NCBI GenBank assembly: GCA_963810675.1
Contig: CAWEOL010000014.1
Span: 155,689 to 219,688, forward strand
Source of the DNA: Ilumatobacteraceae bacterium
GTDB lineage: Bacteria > Actinomycetota > Acidimicrobiia > Acidimicrobiales > Ilumatobacteraceae
Direction of reading: 5' to 3'
DNA: 64,000 nt
Positions 40,271 through 50,958 of this stretch are shown here, in pieces. How positions within the stretch are numbered: the first letter of the stretch is position 1; each line of letters starts with the position of its first letter. A program made the position numbers and the translations under genes. A model generated the notes under the pieces. It saw only the letters and a list, made by a program, of their open reading frames with translations. It was not told the DNA's origin and did not search any database.

Positions 40271-40910
40271 ATGAGCCGGCCGCCCTTGATCGCCGTGCTC
40301 GACTATGGGATCGGGAACTTGCGTTCCGCCCAAAAGGCGCTGCAACGATGCGGGGCCGATGCCCGTCTCACGGTCGACCACAGACTGATCGCCGATGCCG
40401 ATGCCGTGGTGCTTCCCGGTGTTGGAGCCTTCGGAGCATGCATGGCCGCGCTGCCGCGACGCCGATCTCGAAGATGCGGTCGAGGACGCTGTCGACTCCG
40501 GGCGGCCGTTCCTCGGAATCTGTGTCGGGATGCAGATGCTGTTCGATTCCAGCGCCGAGGACGACAGCGCGGTCGGGCTCGGCATCATCCCGGGCAGCAT
40601 TCGTTGGCTGGGGTCAGAGTTGCCTCGACCGCAGATGCAATGGAACCTGTTGACCCTTGCTCAGCCACAGGATCCGATGTTCGCCGGGCTGTCGCCTCAG
40701 GCATGGGTGTACTTCGTCCACTCCTTGCATGCCGTTCCGGCTGATCCCACTGTCGTCGCCGCGACCTGCACGTACGGGGGCGTCGTCAACGCAGCGTTCC
40801 GGCAAGGCAACGTGTTCGCCACTCAGTTCCACCCGGAGAAGTCGGGGGCATGGGGCGTGGCGATGCTCGGCAACTTCGTCCGCCTCGTGTCAGAGACCTC
40901 GACGGCCTGA
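40271..40910 (+). pseudogene. hisH: imidazole glycerol phosphate synthase glutaminase subunit; single frame change at ~40455
   Basis: IAVLDYGIGNLRSAQKAL..VVLPGVGAFGACMAAL (frame of ORF 39815..40744), then PFLGICVGMQMLF...ATQFHPEKSG (ORF 40395..40910). Confidence 0.88.
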
Positions 40911-41626
40911 TGATCGATCTGTTCCCGGCGATCGACCTGTGCGACGGTCAGGTGGTACGTCTGATGCAGGGCGACTACGACAACATCACCGTGTACGGAA
41001 CCGATCCCGTGGCTGTTGCCTGCTCGTTTGCCGACGCCGGTGCGGTGTGGATCCATGTCGTCGATCTCGACGCGGCACGATCGGGATCGCCACAGAACCG
41101 ACCTGTCGTCGCGGCCATAGCCGCCGCGGTTGCCGGTCGCGCCCGGGTTCAAACTGGGGGTGGCGTGCGCACGCTGGTCGATGCCCAGCAGCTCGCCGAC
41201 GCGGGCGTGGCCCGCGTGGTCATGGGCTCAGCGGCTGTTCAGCACCCCGAGTTGGTCGACGTGGCCGCGGGCGTCGTCGCGGTGGCGGTCGGTCTCGATC
41301 ACCGCAACGGTGAGGTCGCGGTGCACGGCTGGACGCAAAGCGCCGGCGTGTCGCTCGAAGAAGCGTTGGGCTGGTATCCGGCAGCCAGTGCCTTCGTCAT
41401 CACCGACATCAGCCGCGATGGCATGCTCGAGGGACCCGATGTCGAAGGTCTCGCAGTCGCGGCGGCGCGTGCACCGGCACCGGTCATCGCCAGCGGGGGA
41501 GTGTCGTCACTGGCCGACATCGCCGTCCTGGCCGGCGTCGCCGGGATTGCCGGAATCATCACCGGGAAGGCGCTGTACGAGGGACGCTTCACCGTCGCCG
41601 AGGCGTTGCAGGAGCTGAACCGATGA
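40910..41626 (+). CDS. hisA: ProFAR isomerase (HisA; PriA-type expected in actinobacteria)
   Basis: TGATG overlap with his[51 protein letters not shown]. Confidence 0.88.
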   Translation: MIDLFPAIDLCDGQVVRLMQGDYDNITVYGTDPVAVACSFADAGAVWIHVVDLDAARSGSPQNRPVVAAIAAAVAGRARVQTGGGVRTLVDAQQLADAGVARVVMGSAAVQHPELVDVAAGVVAVAVGLDHRNGEVAVHGWTQSAGVSLEEALGWYPAASAFVITDISRDGMLEGPDVEGLAVAAARAPAPVIASGGVSSLADIAVLAGVAGIAGIITGKALYEGRFTVAEALQELNR

Positions 41627-42396
41627 GAGTCGCTCGCGTCATCCCGTGCCTCGACGTGACCAGTGGGCGCGTGGTCAAGGGGATCAACTTCATCGGCCTG
41701 CGCGACGCTGGTGATCCGGTCGAGCTGGCCGCCCGCTACGACTCCGAAGGCGCCGACGAACTGGTCTTTCTCGACATCACTGCCTCGTCGGACGGGCGCG
41801 ACACGATGGTCGACGTCGTCTACCGTACGGCGGAAGAGGTGTTCATCCCATTGACCGTCGGTGGCGGCATCCGCAACGTCGACGATGCCCGACGCATGCT
41901 GCGCGCCGGGGCCGACAAGGTCAGCGTCAACACCGCCGCTGTGCAACGTCCCGAGTTGATCAGCGAGATCGCGGCCGAGTTCGGGTCGCAGTGCTGCGTG
42001 GTCGCCATCGATGCCAAGCGACGGCCGGGTGGCCTCGGCTTCGACGTCTACCTTCACGGTGGGCGCACGCCGACCGATATCGACGTGCTCGACTGGGCGG
42101 TCAAGGCGGCCAGACTCGGCGCCGGCGAGATCCTGCTGACCTCGATGGATCGCGACGGCACTCGTGCCGGTTACGACCTCGACCTGACATCGGCGGTCGC
42201 CGACAATGTCAACGTTCCGGTCATCGCCAGCGGCGGAGTCGGTACCCTGCAACACCTCGTCGAGGGAATAATCGACGGCGGCGCCACCGGCGTTCTCGCA
42301 GCGAGCATCTTCCACTTCGGCGAGCACGTGATCGCCGACGCCAAGGCCGCGATGGCGGCAGCGGGTATCGCCGTGCGACCCGTCTCGCTCGAGTGA
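41623..42396 (+). CDS. hisF: imidazole glycerol phosphate synthase cyclase subunit
   Basis: ATGA overlap. [51 protein letters not shown]. Confidence 0.92.
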   Translation: MRVARVIPCLDVTSGRVVKGINFIGLRDAGDPVELAARYDSEGADELVFLDITASSDGRDTMVDVVYRTAEEVFIPLTVGGGIRNVDDARRMLRAGADKVSVNTAAVQRPELISEIAAEFGSQCCVVAIDAKRRPGGLGFDVYLHGGRTPTDIDVLDWAVKAARLGAGEILLTSMDRDGTRAGYDLDLTSAVADNVNVPVIASGGVGTLQHLVEGIIDGGATGVLAASIFHFGEHVIADAKAAMAAAGIAVRPVSLE

Positions 42397-42428
42397 ACAT
42401 CAATCCAAACGCAGCAACGGAGAAAACG

Positions 42429-43412
42429 ATGAGCAACGAATCGCCCAGGAAAATGGTGTACCGCAGGTTGGGTCGCAGCGGCCTACAGGTCTCGCTGCTG
42501 TCGTTCGGGAGTTGGGTGTCGTTCGACAACCAGATGAAAGACGACCTTGCGCTGGAATGCATGCAGACGGCCTACGACGCCGGCTGCAACTTCTTCGACA
42601 ACGCCGAGGTATATGCCGGTGGCGAGAGCGAGGCGATCATGGGCCGCGTCATCCAGAAGCTGGGGTGGAAGCGGCACACCTATGTGCTCAGCTCGAAGTT
42701 CTACTGGGGACTCGACGGCATCCCCAACATGGCCAACACGCTCAATCGCAAGTACCTCGCGCATGCCATCGACGGATCTCTCGAGCGCCTGGGCGTCGAC
42801 TTCCTCGACCTCATCTACTGCCATCGTGCCGATCCGAACACACCGATCGAAGAGACGGTCTGGGCGATGCACGACATCATCTCGGCGGGCAAGGCTCTGT
42901 ACTGGGGGACCAGCGAGTGGACGGCCGACGAGATCCGCGCCGCATGGGAGATCGCCGAGCGTCACCATCTCCACAAGCCGGTCGTGGAGCAGCCGCAGTA
43001 CAACCTGCTCGACCGCCGTAAGGTCGAGAAGGAGTACGCCAGGTTGTACACCGACATCGGCCTCGGTCTGACGACGTGGAGCCCGCTGGCCTCGGGGCTG
43101 CTGACAGGCAAGTACAAAGACGGCATTCCGGCCGATTCCCGTGGTGCACTTGCCGGCTACGGGTGGCTTGCCAAGTACGTCTCCGACGCCGCCAACCTGG
43201 CCAAGGTCGAACAGCTCCGCCCGATCGCTACGGATCTCGATTGCTCGCTCGCCCAGATGTCGTTGGCGTGGTGCGCGACCAACCCCAACGTCTCGACGGT
43301 CATCACCGGCGCCAGCCGGCCCAGCCAGGTGGTCGAGAACTTCGCGGCCATCGACGTCGTCCCGTTGCTGACGCCCGAGGTGCTGGCCCGGATCAGCGCG
43401 GCGGTGGCATAA
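42429..43412 (+). CDS. aldo/keto reductase, Kv-beta-subunit-like
   Basis: [58 protein letters not shown]. Confidence 0.85.
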   Translation: MSNESPRKMVYRRLGRSGLQVSLLSFGSWVSFDNQMKDDLALECMQTAYDAGCNFFDNAEVYAGGESEAIMGRVIQKLGWKRHTYVLSSKFYWGLDGIPNMANTLNRKYLAHAIDGSLERLGVDFLDLIYCHRADPNTPIEETVWAMHDIISAGKALYWGTSEWTADEIRAAWEIAERHHLHKPVVEQPQYNLLDRRKVEKEYARLYTDIGLGLTTWSPLASGLLTGKYKDGIPADSRGALAGYGWLAKYVSDAANLAKVEQLRPIATDLDCSLAQMSLAWCATNPNVSTVITGASRPSQVVENFAAIDVVPLLTPEVLARISAAVA

Positions 43413-43439
43413 CCAACTGCTCGGCGGTACCCTGCCGCC

Positions 43440-43766
43440 GTGGCCCTGCACGACGAGAAGCTGCCGATCAAGATGCTCAACGATCGGCTGCTGGTGCGCA
43501 TCCCCGACAAAGACGGCGAACGTCGTTCGTCGGGTGGCATTCTCATTCCGGCCACAGCGCAGATCTCCAAGCGGTTGGTGTGGGCCGAGGTCGTCGCACT
43601 TGGTCAGAACGTGCGGTCCGCCGAGGTGGGCGATCGTGTTCTGTTCAGCCCGGAGGACCGCTACGAGGTCGAGGTCGGCGGCAGCGACTACATCATGTTG
43701 CGCGAGCGCGACATCCACGCCGTGGCGGCCACCCGCATCGAGGCCAGCACCGGCTTGTATCTGTAG
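43440..43766 (+). CDS. GroES (Cpn10)-like family protein with C-terminal extension
   Basis: GTG start. IKMLNDRLLVRIPD...SSGGILIPATAQ...WAEVVALG...VGDRVLFS. Confidence 0.7.
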   Translation: MALHDEKLPIKMLNDRLLVRIPDKDGERRSSGGILIPATAQISKRLVWAEVVALGQNVRSAEVGDRVLFSPEDRYEVEVGGSDYIMLRERDIHAVAATRIEASTGLYL

Positions 43767-44110
43767 TGAAGATCCAAGCGACTCCAGAACAGCTCGAGGC
43801 CGTCAAGTACGACGCGTCGGGTCTGGTGGTGGCCATCGCCCAAGAGTTCGAGACCAAGGCTGTGCTTATGGTGGCCTGGATGAACGCCGAGACACTGAAG
43901 GCGACGTTGGAAACTGGTCGTATGGTGTACTGGAGCCGCAGTCGTCAAGAGGTGTGGCGCAAGGGTGATACCAGCGGTGACCGGCAGTTCGTTCGCGAGG
44001 CGTACTACGACTGCGACGCCGATGCGCTGCTTTTCCTGGTCGAACAGGAGGGCAAGGGCGCCTGCCACACCGGCGCGTTCTCGTGCTTCTTCCGGCGGTT
44101 CGGCGAATGA
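43766..44110 (+). CDS. hisI: phosphoribosyl-AMP cyclohydrolase
   Basis: GTG 43766 overlaps the upstream TAG. GLVVAIAQEFETKAVLMVAWMN, YWSRSRQEVWRKGDTSG, DCDADALLFLVEQEG.ACHTG. Confidence 0.88.
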   Translation: MKIQATPEQLEAVKYDASGLVVAIAQEFETKAVLMVAWMNAETLKATLETGRMVYWSRSRQEVWRKGDTSGDRQFVREAYYDCDADALLFLVEQEGKGACHTGAFSCFFRRFGE

Positions 44111-45636
44111 GTGCGTTGACCATGCAGCCGAGTCGTGACGAGTTCCGCGCTCTTGCTGCTCAGCACACGGTGGTCCCGGTGTGGACCGAGGTGCTCGCCG
44201 ATCTCGAGACCCCGGTTGCGGCGTACGCCAAGCTGGTCGGCGGCGGCTCCGGGTTCCTGCTCGAATCCGTCGAGCACGGCGAACGCTGGAGCCGATACAG
44301 CTTCGTGGGGCGCGACCCGGTGGCGACGCTCGAACTCCGCGACGGCCTGATCACGACCTTCGGCCAGGTTCCGGCATCAGTGCCGCTCGACCGCGGCATG
44401 CTCGCTGCCCTCGACGAGTTGCTGCTCATCTACCGTGCCCCGATCATCGCCGATCTGCCGCCGTTGCAGAGTGGGGTGATGGGTTATCTCGGCTACGACA
44501 TCGTCCGTGAGGTCGAGCGGTTGCCCGATGTGCCCCACGACGACCGCCGATTCCCCGATGCGGCGATGAGCGTGATCGGTTCGTTGGCCGCCTTCGACCA
44601 CTGGCGGCAACGGGTGTACCTGATCGAGAGCGTGCCGGTACTCGGAATGGATCGCGACGACCTCGACCGGGCCTACGACGCGGCGATCTGTCGTGTCGAG
44701 CGGGCCGTCGCCGATCTCGCCATGCCGCTCGCCTATGTGCCCGTGGCACCACCGCAGCCTGACGACGTGTTTCCTGCGGTGCGTAGCTCGATGCCCAACG
44801 GCGTGTATCAACAGGCCGTCGAGGTCGCCAAGGAGCACATCGTCGCCGGCGACATCTTTCAGGTCGTGCTCTCGCAGCGTTACGACGTCGACCTCGACGC
44901 CGATCCGTTCGACTTCTACCGCGTGCTCCGCCAGGTCAATCCGAGCCCCTACATGTACTTCCTACGGCACCCCGACATCACGATCGTCGGTAGCTCACCC
45001 GAGCCCATGGTGCAGGTGCTCGGCCGCAAGGTGATCAGCCGTCCGATTGCCGGTACGCGTCGTCGTGGACGCGACGACGACCACGATCGGCGCATGGCCG
45101 GTGAGCTGAAGGAGAACCCCAAGGAGGTTGCAGAGCACATCATGCTGGTCGATCTCGCCCGTAACGACGTCGGCAGGATCGCCAAGTTCGGCACGGTGCA
45201 CGTCGACGAACTGATGACCCTCGAGCGCTACAGCCACGTCATGCATCTCACCTCGCAGGTCAGTGGCGAGCTCGTCGACGGCAAGACGCCGATCGACGTG
45301 CTGCGCGCCACCCTTCCCGCTGGCACCGTCAGCGGCGCGCCCAAGGTGCGGGCGATGGAGATCATCGACGAGCTCGAGCCGGTGAAGCGTGGGCCCTACG
45401 CCGGCGTCGTGGGCTACGTCGACTTCAGCGGCAACCTCGACACGGCAATCGCCATCCGAACCATGTTCGTCGGCTCGCATGGCGCGTCGTTCCAGGCCGG
45501 AGCCGGCATCGTTGCCGACTCGATTCCCGACGACGAGGATCTCGAATGCCGCAACAAGGCTGCGGCGTTGCTCGCCGCCGTCCCCGCGGCGCGCCGCATG
45601 ACCGCGCAGCGCATCGCAGTCGGCACCCCCGCCTGA
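44107..45636 (+). CDS. trpE: anthranilate synthase component I
   Basis: ATGA overlap with hisI. FLLESVE, GDIFQVVLSQR, NPSPYMYF, GSSPE, AGTRRRG, LVDLARND, HLTSQV, GAPKVRAMEII, GPYAGVVGY. Confidence 0.92.
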   Translation: MSALTMQPSRDEFRALAAQHTVVPVWTEVLADLETPVAAYAKLVGGGSGFLLESVEHGERWSRYSFVGRDPVATLELRDGLITTFGQVPASVPLDRGMLAALDELLLIYRAPIIADLPPLQSGVMGYLGYDIVREVERLPDVPHDDRRFPDAAMSVIGSLAAFDHWRQRVYLIESVPVLGMDRDDLDRAYDAAICRVERAVADLAMPLAYVPVAPPQPDDVFPAVRSSMPNGVYQQAVEVAKEHIVAGDIFQVVLSQRYDVDLDADPFDFYRVLRQVNPSPYMYFLRHPDITIVGSSPEPMVQVLGRKVISRPIAGTRRRGRDDDHDRRMAGELKENPKEVAEHIMLVDLARNDVGRIAKFGTVHVDELMTLERYSHVMHLTSQVSGELVDGKTPIDVLRATLPAGTVSGAPKVRAMEIIDELEPVKRGPYAGVVGYVDFSGNLDTAIAIRTMFVGSHGASFQAGAGIVADSIPDDEDLECRNKAAALLAAVPAARRMTAQRIAVGTPA

Positions 45637-45639
45637 ACG

Positions 45640-46170
45640 TCAGTCAATCAGGCCGCCGATCAGCAGGATGGTGCCAAGGGCACCGACGGCGAGCGTGCCG
45701 AGCACGGCGATGGCCGCCAGGGCCGGAACTGCGGTGATGGCCCGCACGCTGACGTACAGCGCGGGTAGGTCACGGCGGCGGCTCTGCAGGTCGGTGCGTA
45801 GGGGTTCGAACGATCTGGCGGTACTGGCCAACGGCTGGCCCGTGTCGTAGTCGATCAGCACGTTGGCAGGGGAGCGCGACTCGTTGAGCAGGGTACTGAC
45901 ATCGCTGAGCAGGGACGATGAGACCTTGACCGTGCATCGCACGTAGAACCAGGCGAGCAATGCCGCAGCGGTCGGAATGAAACTGATCGTTCCGCCGATG
46001 ACTATCCACGCCGGGTGGCTGCCATCGAAGATCCACCACCCGGTGGCGAAGGTGGCGAGCCCGATGAACGCAGCACCGGCAGCAACACCGAGAGCCAGCG
46101 CGCTGACTCTCGACAACGTCTTGCGCAGGCCGTCGGCGATCCGGACGGCCGTGCGGTCGAGATCTGCCAT
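45640..46170 (-). CDS. hypothetical membrane protein
   Basis: ATG 46170 with four predicted TM stretches (ALALGVAAGAAFIGLATFATGWWIF...). No family recognised. Confidence 0.55.
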   Translation of the reverse strand: MADLDRTAVRIADGLRKTLSRVSALALGVAAGAAFIGLATFATGWWIFDGSHPAWIVIGGTISFIPTAAALLAWFYVRCTVKVSSSLLSDVSTLLNESRSPANVLIDYDTGQPLASTARSFEPLRTDLQSRRRDLPALYVSVRAITAVPALAAIAVLGTLAVGALGTILLIGGLID

Positions 46171-46213
46171 GCCACAGTGTGGCATCTCGCGACGGCGGTG
46201 CGACACTGTGAAG

Positions 46214-46855
46214 ATGGACACAGATTGGCTCGGCGATCGACGTGACGTTGTCGTGATCGCCGGCCCTGATGCGGCGACCTATCTGCAATCGCAGGCTTCG
46301 CAAGACCTGCGTGGCATGGTCGTCGGCGATGGGCGATGGACCTTCTTCCTGCAACCGACCGGCCGCGTCGACGTGCTGGCCCGCGTGACGATGGTTGACG
46401 CGGAACGGTTCGAGCTCGACACGGATCCGGGGTTCGGCGCAGTCCTCGAAGCCCGGCTCAACCGTTTCAAGATCCGGGTGAAGGCCAGAGTCGACGCAGT
46501 CGACGGCCCGGTCGGGTCGATCGAGCCGACCGACGACGAACGCATCGCCGCGGCGTGGCCGAAGATGGGTGTCGAGATCATCCCCGGCGAAACGATCCCC
46601 GCCGAGACGGGCTTGGCCGAGGTCGCCGTCAGCTTCACGAAAGGTTGTTACCCGGGTCAGGAGTTGGTCGAGCGGATGGACAGCCGCGGTTCCAGTGCAC
46701 CGCGTCATCTCACGGTGTTGCCCCGGCGGCCGGGCGATGCACCCGGCGTGGCAGTGATCAGCGCGGGCGTCGAGATCGGTACGATCACCTCGGTGGGGTC
46801 GACGCAGGTCTTGGCCTACATCAAACGTTCACACGACGGCGCCGTGCGAGACTGA
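46214..46855 (+). CDS. YgfZ/GcvT-like folate-binding protein
   Basis: AATYLQSQASQDL, RLNRFKIRVKA, VSFTKGCYPGQELVERM. Confidence 0.75.
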   Translation: MDTDWLGDRRDVVVIAGPDAATYLQSQASQDLRGMVVGDGRWTFFLQPTGRVDVLARVTMVDAERFELDTDPGFGAVLEARLNRFKIRVKARVDAVDGPVGSIEPTDDERIAAAWPKMGVEIIPGETIPAETGLAEVAVSFTKGCYPGQELVERMDSRGSSAPRHLTVLPRRPGDAPGVAVISAGVEIGTITSVGSTQVLAYIKRSHDGAVRD

Positions 46856-46859
46856 GGCG

Positions 46860-47216
46860 ATGGCTTCGACGGCGAAAGCTCTGGCCAGGAACCTCGACTG
46901 CATGCGCTCGATCGCGCTGGCCCTGCCCGAGGCGACCGAGGAGATCACCTGGGGTACAGACATCAACTTCCGGGTGCGCAAGAAGATCTTCGCCTTCCCC
47001 GGTCAGGGCGGCAGCCTGACGGTGAAGGCGGATCGCGACGAGCTACCGGCCCTGCTCGCAGACGCTCGCTTCTCGCCGGCGCCGTATCTGGCGCGAGGTG
47101 GCTGGGTGTCGATGGATCTCACCGGAGCAGCGCCGGACTGGGTCGAGGTCGAAGAACTGATTCGCACCTCGTACTGCTTGATCGCCCCGAAGAAACTGTC
47201 AGCGCAACTCGGTTGA
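46860..47216 (+). CDS. MmcQ/YjbR family DNA-binding protein
   Basis: ALALPEATEEITWGTDINFRVRKKIFAF...GWVSMDL...ELIRTSY. Confidence 0.75.
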   Translation: MASTAKALARNLDCMRSIALALPEATEEITWGTDINFRVRKKIFAFPGQGGSLTVKADRDELPALLADARFSPAPYLARGGWVSMDLTGAAPDWVEVEELIRTSYCLIAPKKLSAQLG

Positions 47217-47221
47217 GCTGC

Positions 47222-47707
47222 TCAGCGCGACCCGGGATCGCCGGCGGTGGCAGCGCCCGCGAGTTGGGCGAGCTCGGGTGCCTGGCGCAGCGCCTGGACG
47301 ATCCACGCCGGGCTGGCAAGGCTCTCGGCGGCACGGAGCCAACCGATGGCGGTCTCGCGGTCGCCGAGTGCCGCCGCGCTACGAGCGACGGTCAACGCGG
47401 AGATCGGTGATGCCGAACGACGGTACGAACCGGCGGCGTAGTGCGCTGCCTCGTCGTACCGACGGAGCCGCAACAAGATGTCGGCAAGCGTTTGCTCGGC
47501 GTGGGGGTTGCCGGTCGGCAATGGTTGAGGAAGCAATGCAACGAGCGTCTGCAGCGTGGCTTCGTCGGCAGCATCGGGCGGCATCCATCGCGGCGGGCCG
47601 GCGGACGCGAAGGACTCGAGGAGCACGGCGCGAGCCAGGTCGGGACTGGTCTGGTGAAGCTGCTGGTTGGCGCGGAACCATGGCGAAGGGATCTGGTCGG
47701 GCAACAT
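47222..47707 (-). CDS. hypothetical helical (TPR-like) protein
   Basis: 161-aa ORF with high-GC codon bias. This is the last gene of the high-GC block. Confidence 0.45.
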   Translation of the reverse strand: MLPDQIPSPWFRANQQLHQTSPDLARAVLLESFASAGPPRWMPPDAADEATLQTLVALLPQPLPTGNPHAEQTLADILLRLRRYDEAAHYAAGSYRRSASPISALTVARSAAALGDRETAIGWLRAAESLASPAWIVQALRQAPELAQLAGAATAGDPGSR

Positions 47708-47723
47708 GTGTGACAGGTCAGCG

Positions 47724-50457
47724 TCACGCCACGCAGCCGTCTCGGCGAGTGCGGCCGCAGCAACCCCACTGGGCGGCCCCTTCGATTCCCGATGGGCACG
47801 CAGAGTCTTTCATTTCCGTGAGCTGCAGTTCCGCGCCGCCCTCAAGCAGATCCTGCGACAGCTTTTGCTTCGAATCCATGAGCGCGTCTATCTTCTCTTC
47901 CATGGTTCCGCGGCACACGAACTTGTGGACGAGCACGTTCTTTGTCTGACCGATGCGGAAGGCGCGGTCCGTGGCCTGATTCTCGACAGCCGGGTTCCAC
48001 CAGCGGTCGAAGTGAACCACGTGCGACGCCGCGGTCAGGTTCAGGCCGAATCCGCCGGCCTTGAGCGAGATCACGAAGAACGGCGCGGCCTCGTCCTGCT
48101 GGAATCGTTCGACCATGCGCGCGGCGCTGCTTCACCGGAGTCTCGCCGTGCAGGACGAGTCCGGACCGTCCGAACACGGATCCCAGAAAAGACGCCAAGC
48201 GGCGCGGTGTTTCGCGGAACTGCGTGAAGACCAGCATCTTCTCCTGACGGGCGCGCGACCACTTCGGCAATGTCGCGCAGCCGCGCGAGTTTGCCGCTGC
48301 CGGACTCGCTCCAGTCGCCGTCGCCGAGCCACTGCGACGGATGGTTGCAGATCTGTTTGAAGCGCATCAGGAACGCCAGGATCATGCCGCGGCGCTGAAT
48401 GCCTTCGTCCGCGCGATCGAGTTCGCGTCCGAGTTCGTCCACGGCCTCCTGATAGAGGGCCGCCTGTTTGCGCGTCAAATGACAATAGGCCTTCACTTCG
48501 GTCTTGTCCGGCAGATCGGAGATGACCGTCTTGTCGGTCTTCAGCCGCCGCAGGATGTAAGGACGCAACAATTCGCGCAACGGCCCATAAGGATTGTGTT
48601 CGCGCGCAGCCAGACGCTTCGTGAACCGGCCGAATTCCTTCGCGGACCCGAGCAATCCGGGATTGATGAAATCGAAAATCGACCACAGATCTCCGAGCCG
48701 GTTTTCGACGGGAGTGCCCGTGAGGGCGATCCTCGCCTTCGCATCGATCTGCTTGGCGGCGCGGGTCTGCCGCGCGCCCGGATTCTTGATGGCCTGAGCT
48801 TCGTCCAGGATCGCAAGCCGAAACGGAACTTTCAGAAGGCCGGGAAGCCGCAACAGCGTTCCGTAGGTGGTGAGGACCACATCCACATCGGCCAGCGCGT
48901 CCGCGCCGATCTCTTGCAACTCGCGAGCCGGCATCGCCGAGGGATGCGCAACGAGAGTCTTGAGGCCGGGCGCGAAGCGTTCGATTTCGGCCTGCCAGTT
49001 CGCCAACAGCGGATGCCGGCGCCACGAGCAGGCTCGTGCGCCGGCGGTCCGCATTGCCGTCTGGATGCCCGGCGCAGAACGAGCAGCAGCGCCAGCACCT
49101 GCATGGTTTTACCGAGTCCCATGTCGTCGGCGAGGCAGGCGCCGAGACCCAATGACGAAAGCAGGTGCAGCCACCGCAGACCGGTCTGCTGATAGGGACG
49201 CAGGGACGCCTTCAGTTCGCTTCCGGGATCGATCGCGGCAAGAGCCTCCGGACGCCGAAGGCCTTCGAGGGTTTCGGCCAGCCACGGGCCGGCGGTAATG
49301 CGTGACCATTCCGGCGCCTCGCCAGCCCGTCGTCCCTCGACATCCGCGCCGGCGAGGAGCCGCGCGGCATCCGCGAAACTAAGGCCGTTGTCCAGCGCGG
49401 CGGACTCAATCTTCCGGAAGCGGTCGAGCATGCCGCCGAGCTTGTCGCGATCGACTTCGACCCAGCGGCCGCGAATCAGATGGAGCCCGGTGGAGCTTGA
49501 AAGCAACTGGGCGATTTCGGCGTCCGTCAGCGGACCGCTTTCGCCGTCGAGCGTGACTTCCATGCGGAAATCCAGCAACGCATCCTGGCCAATACCCGCA
49601 GGCTTTGCGCCGCCCACGGTCGCCGTGACGCGCGGCCGTGGCGGACGATTCGCTCTCCAGCCGCCGGGCACGCGCACGATGACGCCGCAAGCTTCGAGGC
49701 GCGGCAGGTCCGACAGCAATTGGAAGGCTTCGGCCGGCGTCCATCGCAACGGGTGATAGATCTCTCCCGCATCGACCATGGCCTTGAGCCATGCGCATTG
49801 TTCGGCCGCCCGCTGCACGGGAAGAAGCAGCGAGAGCAGCCGCTGCTTGTTGGCGCTGCCCGCGTATTCGCTGAGCGCGCGTGCCAGGGGCAGGTGCTGC
49901 GCCTTTGCGCCGGCAGACAATCGCGTGGTGTAGGTCGCCAGGAATGCAAATGGCGCGGCGTCATCCCGGCGGTTTTCGGCAAGATTGAAATGGACGCGTC
50001 CCACCAGATTCCAGGCGGGATTCTTCTCCTTGAGAAAATCCTGAATGGAAGCCTTCGATCGGCGAGTTCTGCGTGGAAGGCCGCATCGAGCGCGTCCCAC
50101 AATCCTTGAAGACATCGGCCGGAGGATACTCCGCGCCTGTCATCGGCGGCGCGGCGGCGGCGAGCACTTCGAGTTCGAGCGGCAGGGGCGGGACGCGCAG
50201 CGTCTGTCGGTCCTCGAGATCCGGCAGCGTGCAGACCGCCGTGACGTAACGCGACGCAAACTCCCGCCAGTAAGCGAACGCGGGAGGCAACTCCGTCCTG
50301 ACTTCTCCCGCTCCGAGTTGCAGAAGACCATGACCGTGGCCGCGCGCGAACGCGGCTTCGAGACGTTCGGCAATATCCTCGGCGAGCGGATGCGCTCGTC
50401 CGTCCCTTTGAGCGTCAGACGGCCATGGGGGGTCAACGGTGGAGCAAACGGAATCAT
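47724..50457 (-). pseudogene. SNF2-family helicase with long DUF3670-type N-terminal region; 3'-truncated at ~47805 and at least 7 frame changes
   Basis: MIPFAPPLTPHGRL..., [27 protein letters not shown]2 motifs: [22 protein letters not shown] (I), [22 protein letters not shown] (II), LTGTPVENRL (III), [48 protein letters not shown] (V-VI). Homology stops after ...LQLTEMKD. Confidence 0.85.
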
Positions 50458-50466
50458 TGGTGCGGC

Positions 50467-50958
50467 CTAAGGGTCTTGTTGGCGCCGCGCCGAGTCCCTG
50501 TCGAGCGCTTCTCGAAGTATTCGTTCCGCGACACGGAAATCCGTTTGGCGGATTCGTTCAAAGGCGTCGTTGAGGTCAAGCAAATTGCCGACGGATGCCA
50601 ATTCCAGGACCCCAATAGCTCCGGTTACGATGAGACCTCGCTCCTCTGCGATGCGCCGAGCCTTTCGGTCGTCCGCGAGCAAAAGATCCGCCTTGAGTTC
50701 CAATGCCAGGCTGATGGCTTCGGCTTCGCCGAGCATCGTCAAGTTGAAGCGTTGGATCGATGTGAGATGGAGCTTTGATGGCTAACCAATCATGATGCGC
50801 AGTCATCCATGCGCGGACAACGTCTGGCGTATTATATGAGACAACTCGGCCGCGACCGCAGGCGGAATTACTACAGAATTGAAGAGCGCACGAAGAATGT
50901 CCGCATTTCCGATTCTCACGAGCAGGTTTAGTGGGCTTGAGTCGGATACAACGAGCAT
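50467..50958 (-). pseudogene. DUF3368 (PIN-like) toxin-type protein; two frame changes (~50833, ~50748)
   Basis: MLVVSDSSPLNLLVRIGNADIL..VIPPAVAAEL, then PDVVRAWMTAHHDWLAIKAPSHIDPTLQLD, then LGEAEAISLALELKADLLLADDRKARRIAEERGLIVTGAIGVL. Confidence 0.75.
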
